From Candidatus Aldehydirespirator sp. (GTDB lineage Bacteria; Actinomycetota; Acidimicrobiia; Acidimicrobiales; Aldehydirespiratoraceae), in the NCBI GenBank assembly GCA_965204875.1, contig OZ242020.1, positions 2,027,729 through 2,091,728 of the forward strand: a stretch of DNA of 64,000 bases. Direction: 5' to 3'. Of the stretch, positions 37,015-45,316 are shown one piece after another. The notes beneath the pieces were generated by a model. It was not told where the DNA came from and did no database searches. It was given only the letters and a program-made list of their open reading frames with translations. Position 1 is the first letter of the stretch, and every line of letters begins with the position of its first letter. The translations under genes and the position numbers were made by a program.

Positions 37015-38022
37015 CTACTTCGCGCGGCGAACATCTCCTGTCCACAAGTCTGTTGCTGTCTGGGAGGACGTCAGAGCCTCGACCGTTTCCTTCACGTCGC
37101 TGACACGCCGAGCTACTTCTGGCGCATCCGGATATGTCGCGTGGTATGCGTCCGCGACCTTCGGGGAGAACTGTGCGGCGACTTCGATGTACTGCGCGGT
37201 TAGCTCGCACAGAGCTTCGTCGCTAAGGTCATCGGCTTCGATCAGAGCCTCTAGCGTCTCTTCATATGTGCCTGCTTGACGCCAGGCGCTCCCCTGTCGC
37301 AGGAGGCTGTCCGGGAGTTCCGCACATCGATCAGTCAGGCTGGAGTCGATCTCATCGATCAACTCGCTGAGATCATGCGTCCTGATCGGCGGTTTGCCAG
37401 ACATGGCGATCAGTGCCTTGAGACCGTGTTCAACAACCATGACGCTTGAAGCGCAGAGTCTGGCTAACCGGTGCCGGCGAAACCCATCAGCCCTAACGGT
37501 GCTCTGAGATTGACGTACCGACAGTTCGCGCGCGCTGGCCGCATAACTTCTCAGTATATTATCTATCTCATATTCGATGTCGCGAAGTTTCTGCTCGGGC
37601 ACGAGGTGCTCGGAGGCTGGCATTTTTTCGATCAACTCCAGGTTCAACGGATGCTGAGGCTCATCTAGCAATGTAATGATGCTGTCTCGGATACCACGCT
37701 CGAAAGTGTTGCTGATCTGTTCGCTACGATGCTGCCATTTGAGGCGGTCTGTGACTAGCACATCTACACGACGGTCGATACACTCATGTGCGGCCGCTTC
37801 TAGTTGCAGCTTGAGTTGCAGCCGACTCTTCTGGCTGGTGCGAGTGGCGTAATCCAAGTCATCGTATACGGCTACCAGGTCGATGTCGCTGCTCTCGCCG
37901 GCGCTGCCCTCAGCTACCGACCCGAACAGCAGCACAGCCCCCACACCATGCTCCTCCGCGAAGACTCTGGCGACGCGGCGGGCATCCTCCACCGTCGGGA
38001 TCACAGAGACGGTCGCCACCAT
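37015..38022 (-). CDS. fused minimal nucleotidyltransferase (MNT) + HEPN domain protein
   Basis: MNT motif LLFGSVAEGSAGESSDIDLV. HEPN-like C-terminal half has IRTHDLSELI. Trimmed to the ATG at 38022. Confidence 0.6.
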   Translation of the reverse strand: MVATVSVIPTVEDARRVARVFAEEHGVGAVLLFGSVAEGSAGESSDIDLVAVYDDLDYATRTSQKSRLQLKLQLEAAAHECIDRRVDVLVTDRLKWQHRSEQISNTFERGIRDSIITLLDEPQHPLNLELIEKMPASEHLVPEQKLRDIEYEIDNILRSYAASARELSVRQSQSTVRADGFRRHRLARLCASSVMVVEHGLKALIAMSGKPPIRTHDLSELIDEIDSSLTDRCAELPDSLLRQGSAWRQAGTYEETLEALIEADDLSDEALCELTAQYIEVAAQFSPKVADAYHATYPDAPEVARRVSDVKETVEALTSSQTATDLWTGDVRRAK

Positions 38023-38166
38023 GCCCGCCAGGCTATCGCGGCCGTTTGTGCGCCAGCGAGCGCATCGGCTAGCCGGAGTGCGACTCACGGTGTCGGCGGG
38101 GCCTCCGGAGGTCCCGCCTCGCCAGGGAGTTCCGTGCGTTCAAGGGGCTGATACTCGCCTACCCTC

Positions 38167-38406
38167 ATGTTCGTCGAGGTCGTAGTGTCCGCGCCCGACG
38201 CTGTGTTCGAGGCTGTCGAGGAGTTGGCGGCGCGCCGCCGGTGCTCGCGGTCCAGCCTCTACGTGCAGGCTCTCGAGCGCCTGCTTGCTGATGCCGAGAG
38301 CGACGATGTCACCGCCCGTCTCGATGCCGTGTATGCCAACGAGCCATCCGAGCTTGACCCCGTGCTGCGAGAGGCGCAGGCACGCTCGGTCACTGAGTCT
38401 TGGTGA
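38167..38406 (+). CDS. ribbon-helix-helix (CopG/MetJ-type) antitoxin-like protein, no adjacent toxin
   Basis: 79 aa. N-terminal beta-strand FVEVVV, then SRSSLYVQALERLL. C-terminal LDAVYANEPSELDPVL resembles antitoxin tails. Confidence 0.55.
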   Translation: MFVEVVVSAPDAVFEAVEELAARRRCSRSSLYVQALERLLADAESDDVTARLDAVYANEPSELDPVLREAQARSVTESW

Positions 38407-38591
38407 CTTGAAGACATCGTCGCGTTCGGGGAAGCTGCTGGCCTCGCGTCGGCATTGCACGCCGCAGGGGACGGATGGATCTGAGGCAGTGCTTGCGGCA
38501 TCGCGTGCAGCGGAAAGAGGCAGGGGGCGACGGCGACTGACCTGACCAGAGGAACTGCGCTTCTGCGATATAGTATCGCCGCCCGCGGGGG

Positions 38592-41500
38592 GTGGCTACC
38601 GATCGAAAGGTTTCATCCGTGCTATATCAAGAATTATCGGAACTCATTCAAATCGGTGACTTAAGCCAACTGTTTGTCGTAAGGATGGGCTGGGACAATC
38701 CGGTTCAGGCTGAGCCGGTCGAAGTGTCCGATAGTGCGCTGCGTCCTGTGGCTGTCGCTGACAAGAAGGGTGTTACCGCTTGGCGGGTGGACTGCCCAGG
38801 CTTGCCGCAGCGTTCCGAGCAGCATCGGGTGGTGCGGGAGCTCAAGCGCCGTAGCCGTGATCAGCTGGTCGTGTTCGTAGCCCCGGACACGCACCTGTGG
38901 CTGTGGCCCGAGCAGCGTTCGAGCGGCGTCGGGTACCGGTTGGTCGATTACGAGTACCCGGCGCAGGCACCGACCGAGGCGCTGTTGCAGCGCCTCAAGC
39001 AGGCATCGTTCAAGATCGAAGAAGAGAACCAGCTGACATCTAGCTCGGTATTGGACAGAGTCCGCCGCTCGTTCAACGCCGACAAGGTAACCAAGTCCTT
39101 CTACCGTGAGTTCCAGAAGCACCACAAGGACTTCTCGAGGATGGTGGAGGGAATCCCCGTAGACAAGAGCCGCCGTTGGTATGTGTCGGTGCTGCTCAAC
39201 CGGCTCATGTTCATGTACTTCATCCAGCAGAAGGGCTTCCTGAACGGCGATCAGAACTACCTTCGCAAGTGTCTGGGCAGGGTTCGAGAGCGCTACGGTG
39301 CCGACCAATTCTATGCGTTCTATCGTGAGTTCTTGCTTCCGCTATGTCATGAAGGTCTGGGACGCCCCTCGGGTCAGCGCAATATAGACCCTGTGATCGA
39401 GCAGATCATCGGCAACGTGCCGTACGTGAACGGCGGAATCTTCGAGCAGCATACTCTGGAGATCAAGCACGATATACAGATCAGAGACGACGCGTTTGAG
39501 ACTCTGTTCGACTTCTTCGATAGCTGGCGCTGGCACCTGGATGAGAACCGGACCGGTGCTGCGAATGAAATCAACCCTGACATCCTCGGATTCATCTTCG
39601 AGAAGTACATCAACTTCACAGATCGTGGCCAGAGAGAAACGGGCGCGTACTACACGAAGCCCGACGTGACCGGCTATATGGCGACCTTCACCATACTGCC
39701 CGCCCTCGCGGATCGGTTCGTCTCGGCTGGGCTGGACGATCCGTGCTTGCTGCTCTCAGGCTCAGACGATGACTACATTCACGACAGCGTGCTCCACGGC
39801 GTAGAGCCGATTTCTGCGGGGGGGGGGAAGGCTGATCAGCCTCCGCCATCGGACGAGCTGGCGCTGCCAGGAGAGCGCTGGTGTGACATCACCCATCGCC
39901 GGGAGCGGTGCGCGCGACTGCGGAGCCTGCTGTCGGACGGCTCACGCGAGTGGACGATCGACGACTGCATTACCGAGAACCTTGACATCCGGGAGCTGCT
40001 GGCCGACTACCTGGTGCAACTGTCCAGTGCCGAGGAGTGCGATCAAGCCTTCAAGGTTCTGAGATCGCTGACCGTATGTGATCCCACGGTCGGATCAGGA
40101 GCGTTCCTGTTCGCTGCTCTCGAAGTGCTGGAGCCACTGTACGAAGTGGTGTTGTCGCGCGCTGCGGAGTTGCATGACAGGCAAGGCGATACTGAACTTG
40201 CGGACTGTCTGAGGGAGAGTCGCAGGCATCCAAATCCGAGTTACTGGATGCTGAAGACCCTGTGCCTCAACAACCTCTATGGCATCGATCTCATGGACGA
40301 GGCGCCTGAGATTTCCAAGTTGCGCCTGTTCCTGAAGCTCGCCGCACAGTTGGACGATGTGAACCAGTTGGAACCCCTGCCTGATCTTGACTTCAATATC
40401 AAGTCAGGCAACCTCTTGGTAGGCATTGCCGACAGGCAGGACGCTGAGCGAAGGCTTGGTGCGGGCCAACTTGATCTTGGTGGAGAAATCAAGCAGATCG
40501 GCGAGTTAGCAGAGCGAGTTGGAATCATATATGACGACTTTGTGCGAGCTCAATCTAAGGACATCGGGAACAGCGACCACGCGGTAGCCAAGCAGAGGTT
40601 GAACGCTGAACTCATGACGGCGCGCCATTCGGCAGATGATCTGCTCTACAGGAAGCGGCACGAGCGTGGTGACTTCGAGTATTGGCGTGATTCACACCGA
40701 CCATTTCACTGGTTTGTGGAGTTTCCAAGCGTGTGGCGACACGACGGCTTTGATATAGTAATCGGCAACCCACCGTATATTCAGACGAATAAGGTAAGAG
40801 AATATAGGCGGATAGGCTATAAGACTCAGAATTGTCCTGACCTCTATGCAGTTTGCGTTGAGCGAGCGTCGAACTTGGTCAACGAAAGGGGTCGAGCATC
40901 CATGATCGTAATGCACAATCTGTGCTTCAGTCACCAGTATACTCGTCTTCGTAATCACCTTTCAAGTCTCTTTTCTTCCTTGCACGTATCATCCTACGAT
41001 AGATTACCCAGTGGGCTATTCAGTGACTCCGCTGCTGTTCGCAGTTCCATATTCTTGGCTACCAAGTATCAACACATGGCAAATCTCGCTGTTGATATTG
41101 CACAGGACGAACGCAGATGTGCAGTTGTCGTGCCATATGTGTCCTCAGTTCATCGCTGGCATACGAATTCTCGTTCGTGGCTGTTTGATTCTGTGACGTA
41201 TGTTGGTCCTCAACGATCGCTCGTTACGCTCAACGGCAACGACGTCTGGCCCTTTGTTGGCTCTGAAGCCATATCGGGTGCTCTTGGTAATGTGGCGTTA
41301 GGAAAACCAATATCTGATGTAACGTCTAGGAACGGTCGCTACTCGCTGGCCTACAAGAAGACGGGACTATATATGTTAGGTATATCCGTGGAACCTCCTC
41401 CCACACTGGGTGGCACGACGGCAAACTACGGATACTTGCGTTTTTCGGAATCGATTTGTCGCGACTTGGCCCTGCTGATGCTGGCTGGCCGCTGGGGGTA

Positions 41501-41843
41501 TGTTTGGTGGCTAATCTACTCGGATTGGTTTCATGTGACGAGTGGCGTAGTCAAGAGCTTTCCGGGCGATATTGCGCGAATCGTCGTCGAAGCGGAACAT
41601 GAAGCGTCTGATTTGAGGCTTGGTGCCCTACAGTCGCTAGCTCACGGACTTGCAGAAGAGATGACAGACCATCTGGCATGGACATGGAAACTTGGTCTTA
41701 AGGTCGGTCGATACAAGATGCATGAGCTTAGACACATTACTGACGAGGCTGATCTGCTGCTGGCTCAGGCTTGGGGAATCGAGGATGCTTATGAGGCGGC
41801 GGGGAACTTTCGTGATCGCATGATCTTCGGAACCAAAGAGTAG
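38592..41843 (+). CDS. large gamma-class N6-adenine DNA methyltransferase (Eco57I/MmeI/PglX-like), no nuclease motif seen
   Basis: 1083 aa. Has DKVTKSFYREFQ, LLNRLMFMYFIQQKGFL, motif I VCDPTVGSGAFL (about 40074-40109) and motif IV NPPY (40767-40778). The C-terminal third is AT-rich and TRD-like. Confidence 0.85.
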   Translation: MATDRKVSSVLYQELSELIQIGDLSQLFVVRMGWDNPVQAEPVEVSDSALRPVAVADKKGVTAWRVDCPGLPQRSEQHRVVRELKRRSRDQLVVFVAPDTHLWLWPEQRSSGVGYRLVDYEYPAQAPTEALLQRLKQASFKIEEENQLTSSSVLDRVRRSFNADKVTKSFYREFQKHHKDFSRMVEGIPVDKSRRWYVSVLLNRLMFMYFIQQKGFLNGDQNYLRKCLGRVRERYGADQFYAFYREFLLPLCHEGLGRPSGQRNIDPVIEQIIGNVPYVNGGIFEQHTLEIKHDIQIRDDAFETLFDFFDSWRWHLDENRTGAANEINPDILGFIFEKYINFTDRGQRETGAYYTKPDVTGYMATFTILPALADRFVSAGLDDPCLLLSGSDDDYIHDSVLHGVEPISAGGGKADQPPPSDELALPGERWCDITHRRERCARLRSLLSDGSREWTIDDCITENLDIRELLADYLVQLSSAEECDQAFKVLRSLTVCDPTVGSGAFLFAALEVLEPLYEVVLSRAAELHDRQGDTELADCLRESRRHPNPSYWMLKTLCLNNLYGIDLMDEAPEISKLRLFLKLAAQLDDVNQLEPLPDLDFNIKSGNLLVGIADRQDAERRLGAGQLDLGGEIKQIGELAERVGIIYDDFVRAQSKDIGNSDHAVAKQRLNAELMTARHSADDLLYRKRHERGDFEYWRDSHRPFHWFVEFPSVWRHDGFDIVIGNPPYIQTNKVREYRRIGYKTQNCPDLYAVCVERASNLVNERGRASMIVMHNLCFSHQYTRLRNHLSSLFSSLHVSSYDRLPSGLFSDSAAVRSSIFLATKYQHMANLAVDIAQDERRCAVVVPYVSSVHRWHTNSRSWLFDSVTYVGPQRSLVTLNGNDVWPFVGSEAISGALGNVALGKPISDVTSRNGRYSLAYKKTGLYMLGISVEPPPTLGGTTANYGYLRFSESICRDLALLMLAGRWGYVWWLIYSDWFHVTSGVVKSFPGDIARIVVEAEHEASDLRLGALQSLAHGLAEEMTDHLAWTWKLGLKVGRYKMHELRHITDEADLLLAQAWGIEDAYEAAGNFRDRMIFGTKE
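39818..39827. repeat. homopolymeric G10 tract, in frame, inside the methyltransferase gene
   Basis: Counted directly: ...ttctgc gggggggggg aaggct.... It encodes AGGGK. Confidence 0.9.
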
Positions 41844-41848
41844 TCACC

Positions 41849-44800
41849 ATGCCGAAGATACTTGACAACATCGATCTTCAGACCGAGGCTGAACTGCTTG
41901 ATACTTTGAGGTCGTCCTATCGTCTGGACGCGGCTATCGGCTACTTTAACCTTCGTGGCTGGTCGCTGCTGGCTGAAGCGGTGGAGGCCATGCCTGATTG
42001 TCCAGGTGAGCCGAAGTGTCGGCTGCTGGTCGGCATCCATGAGGCGCCTACAGCAGAGATGCGTCGCTCGGCCCGGATGCGTCCTCCTGAGCAGACGGAT
42101 AACAAGACCGCGGCGCGCCTGAGGACCGAGACGGTTTCCGAGTATCGGGACCAGTTGCAGGTTGGGTTGCCCACTGCGGGCGACGAGAAGTCGCTCCGCA
42201 CTCTGTTGCGCCAGATCGAAGCCGGCGAAGTCGAGGTTCGTGTCCATACGGCTCATCGCCTGCATGCCAAGCTTTACATCTGTCACCGTGACGATTCCGC
42301 AGCACCTCGGGTCGGGTATGTGGGCTCGTCCAACCTGACGGCGGCAGGGCTCCGTGAGCAGGGCGAACTCAATGTGGATGTGGTGGACACCGACGCATCG
42401 GGCAAGCTGGCTCGCTGGTTCGAGGATCGCTGGAACGACCCGTTCACGGTCGATGTGATGCCAGAGTTGGCCGAGGCCCTTCGCGAGTCGTGGGTGCGCG
42501 AGGATCAGCTCGATCCCTACCTCGTGTACCTGAAGATGGCCTACCACCTATCCAGGGAGGCACGCGAGGGACTCATCGAGTACGGCCTGCCTGCCTCGAT
42601 GCGGGACAAGCTGCTGGACTTCCAGGCAGCCGCAGTGCAGATCGCGGCCCGCATCGTCATGCAGAAGGGCGGCGCCATGATCGGCGACGTAGTGGGACTC
42701 GGCAAGACGCTTGTGGCAACCGCCATTGCGCGGTTACTCCAAGAAGAGCAGGGCTTCGAGACACTGGTGGTATGTCCGAAGAACCTCACCGAGATGTGGA
42801 AGTCATACCTTCACGAGCATGAGGTGCGCGGCACGGTCGAGTCGCTGTCGATGGTACACAAGAACCTGCCCAATGCTCGCCGGTACCGGCTGGTCATCAT
42901 CGACGAGGCACACAACCTCCGCAGCCACGAGCGCCGTGATCACAAAGTCATCCAGGAGTACATCGCTGATAACGACTCCAGGACGCTGCTGCTGACGGCC
43001 ACGCCCTACAACAAGCAGCTGGACGACCTAAGAGCGCAGCTGGCGCTGTTCATCCCAGCAGACAAGGACCTGGGCGTTCGACCGGAGCGAGCCATCGCTG
43101 CCATGGGCGCCGCGTACTTCGAGTCGAAATGCGATGGGCTGACCTCCACGCTGAGCGCGTTCAAGCACTCCGACTCCCTTGAGGATTGGCAGCAACTGAT
43201 GTCGCAGTACTTGGTGCGCCGCACCCGACGTTTCGTCGAGGACAACTACGCCCAAACTGACGAGGACGGTCGCCGCTACCTGCAGTTCGGCACTGGCAAG
43301 CCCTTCTACTTCCCGAAGCGTCAGCCCAGTCCTGTTGAGCGGGATATGTCACCAGATGATCCGGCCTTGCCGATGGCGTCTGACGCAACGCTCGACTCGA
43401 TTCGCGATCTGCGTCTGCCGCGATACCGCCGGGGCGACTACCTCGACGCGGACTTCATTCCATCGAGTTCGCAAGAGCAGCGGTTGCTGGAGGATCTGAA
43501 GAGGTCCAACAAGGGAAACCTGGGGGGTGTCACCAGGATCACACTGTTCAAGCGGTTGTCGTCGTCAGGCCCAGCCTTCATCAAGACGTTGAACCGCCAT
43601 CGCCTGCGTGACCTGATTGCGGCACACGCGCTCGGCAACGGGTTGGATGTGCCCATCGGACCGCTCGATGAGGCGCTTTGGGATGACCAGTATGACGGAG
43701 ACCCCGAAGACAGCGGCGAAGACGGCAACACGGCACAGTTCCTAAACGCTGAAGAGGATACCGCGGCAGCCGCCTACGGCAGGCTTCGCGCCAAGAGTCC
43801 CAAGCCAGTTCGCTGGGCACCGGCTGCGATGTTCAGAGACGATCTCAAGGAGGACCTATATCACGATGCGGAGGTGATCGCCGAGATGCTGGAGCGCTTC
43901 GGGACCTGGGACCGAGAGCGTGACGGCAAGATCGGAGCACTCGAGAGCCTGCTCACTTTTCACCACCCTGACGACAAGGTTCTCATCTTCACCGAGGCGG
44001 CCGACACGGCCCACTACGTCCACGAAGAACTGCTGCGACGGGGCGTCGACGCGGTCGGCGTGGTCACCGGCGACTCCGAGAACCCGACTTTGCTGGCGCA
44101 GCGGTTCTCGCCGCGGTCCAACATCGTCGCCGCTGGCGAATCGGGCGCAGAAGGCGAACTGCGGGTGCTGGTGTCAACGGACGTGCTCTCCGAGGGCCAG
44201 AACCTCCAGGATGCTCATATCGTCGTCAACTACGACCTCCCGTGGGCCATCGTCAAGCTGGTCCAGCGCGCCGGACGAGTCGACAGGATCGGCCAGCAAT
44301 CGCCCGAGGTGCTGCTCTACTCGCTGATGCCTGCCGAACCCGTCGAGGCCGAGATCGATCTGCGCGGGCGCATCCGCAGGCGCTTGGGCGAGAACGCGCG
44401 GCTTCTCGGCTCGGATGAGGAGTTCTTCGGCGACCCGTCAGAGCGCCAGAAGATCAGCGGCGTCTACGACGAGACCTCCGCTTTCGGGCTGCGAGAGCAA
44501 GACATAGACGACGTCGATCCGGTGTCGATGGCCTACGAGATCTGGCGGCACGCCAAAGAGGACCACCCCGAACTTGCGAAGCGAGTCGAATCGTTGCCCA
44601 ACGTCGTCTACTCGACCAAGCACGCAGGCAAGGAGGCGCCCGATGTGGGCGTTCTGGTTCACACGCAGACGGCCGCAGGCCCGGGTGTCAATGTTCCTGG
44701 CTCGCATCGTGACACCAGATCAGGCGAGCACCTGTCTGCGATCGACGCCTTCGCGTTCGTGGAACCCGGCGGTGAGGCTCGCCGCGTCACGCCGCAGGAG

Positions 44801-45223
44801 GCGCTGCGACTCGCGGAGTGCAAGCCGTCGACACCCGCGGCGCCACGCCTGGCTGACCACCACGATCTGACCGCAACCGCGCTCGGAGGGCCGTTGCGGA
44901 TCTCGTCGGGTACTGCAACCACAGCGCTACAAGGCGTCCGAGGCAGGGTCTGGCAGAAGCTCCACGACCATATGGACACCTTGACCGACAACATCCTGTT
45001 CACCAAGTCGGATCTCGGTGCCGCCCACGATGCCATGAACGAGCGCCCCCTCTACGAGCAGGCAACCCAGCTACTGGCCCGAGCCATGCGAGAACGAAGC
45101 ACTGAAGACCTCGCAGTTCTCGTAGTGGAACTCCACAGAGACAACCGGCTGTGCGTGCCGCCCACGACCGACGGAACTCACAACGAACCCGTCATCGTCT
45201 GCACGATGGGCATCACAAGCTAG
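41849..45223 (+). CDS. PLD (HKD) nuclease domain fused to an SNF2-family helicase
   Basis: 1124 aa. One HKD motif (HAKLYI at 42263-, with GSSNLT). SNF2 motif I GLGKT (42695-42709) and motif II DEAH (42902-42913). Helicase-C: STDVLSEGQNLQ...QRAGRVDRIGQ. Starts 5 nt after the MTase stop. Confidence 0.85.
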   Translation: MPKILDNIDLQTEAELLDTLRSSYRLDAAIGYFNLRGWSLLAEAVEAMPDCPGEPKCRLLVGIHEAPTAEMRRSARMRPPEQTDNKTAARLRTETVSEYRDQLQVGLPTAGDEKSLRTLLRQIEAGEVEVRVHTAHRLHAKLYICHRDDSAAPRVGYVGSSNLTAAGLREQGELNVDVVDTDASGKLARWFEDRWNDPFTVDVMPELAEALRESWVREDQLDPYLVYLKMAYHLSREAREGLIEYGLPASMRDKLLDFQAAAVQIAARIVMQKGGAMIGDVVGLGKTLVATAIARLLQEEQGFETLVVCPKNLTEMWKSYLHEHEVRGTVESLSMVHKNLPNARRYRLVIIDEAHNLRSHERRDHKVIQEYIADNDSRTLLLTATPYNKQLDDLRAQLALFIPADKDLGVRPERAIAAMGAAYFESKCDGLTSTLSAFKHSDSLEDWQQLMSQYLVRRTRRFVEDNYAQTDEDGRRYLQFGTGKPFYFPKRQPSPVERDMSPDDPALPMASDATLDSIRDLRLPRYRRGDYLDADFIPSSSQEQRLLEDLKRSNKGNLGGVTRITLFKRLSSSGPAFIKTLNRHRLRDLIAAHALGNGLDVPIGPLDEALWDDQYDGDPEDSGEDGNTAQFLNAEEDTAAAAYGRLRAKSPKPVRWAPAAMFRDDLKEDLYHDAEVIAEMLERFGTWDRERDGKIGALESLLTFHHPDDKVLIFTEAADTAHYVHEELLRRGVDAVGVVTGDSENPTLLAQRFSPRSNIVAAGESGAEGELRVLVSTDVLSEGQNLQDAHIVVNYDLPWAIVKLVQRAGRVDRIGQQSPEVLLYSLMPAEPVEAEIDLRGRIRRRLGENARLLGSDEEFFGDPSERQKISGVYDETSAFGLREQDIDDVDPVSMAYEIWRHAKEDHPELAKRVESLPNVVYSTKHAGKEAPDVGVLVHTQTAAGPGVNVPGSHRDTRSGEHLSAIDAFAFVEPGGEARRVTPQEALRLAECKPSTPAAPRLADHHDLTATALGGPLRISSGTATTALQGVRGRVWQKLHDHMDTLTDNILFTKSDLGAAHDAMNERPLYEQATQLLARAMRERSTEDLAVLVVELHRDNRLCVPPTTDGTHNEPVIVCTMGITS

Positions 45224-45316
45224 ACGGCCTGCCGGCCGGGGTCACCGAGACGGTGGCCGCCCGCCCGCGAGTGTCGTTGCTCGGCTGCGCGCCCGCGAAC
45301 TGCATCGCGGACGCGG

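Larger units (their letters stand above)
34900..45250. other. accessory island 2 (defence island) between cysQ and kgd
   Basis: Holds seven defence/TA-type genes. G+C is reduced (41041-41100 = 42% by hand count). No integrase, tRNA or flanking repeat was seen. Confidence 0.6.

Noticed and set aside
38403-38480. Degenerate mazF-like toxin remnant after the RHH gene
   Set aside because: Only about 10 residues (LEDIVAFGEAAG) vaguely resemble a MazF N-terminus, and the frame stops after 25 codons. That is too weak to annotate, so it is mentioned only as a possibility.
38592-45223. Calling the MTase + PLD-SNF2 pair BREX or DISARM
   Set aside because: No PglZ, BrxC/PglY, BrxL or BrxA/B genes and no DrmA/DrmB (DUF1998-associated) genes lie anywhere in the window. 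Only shared domain types (PglX-like MTase, PLD, SNF2) are present. A distant, separated locus cannot be excluded from this window alone.
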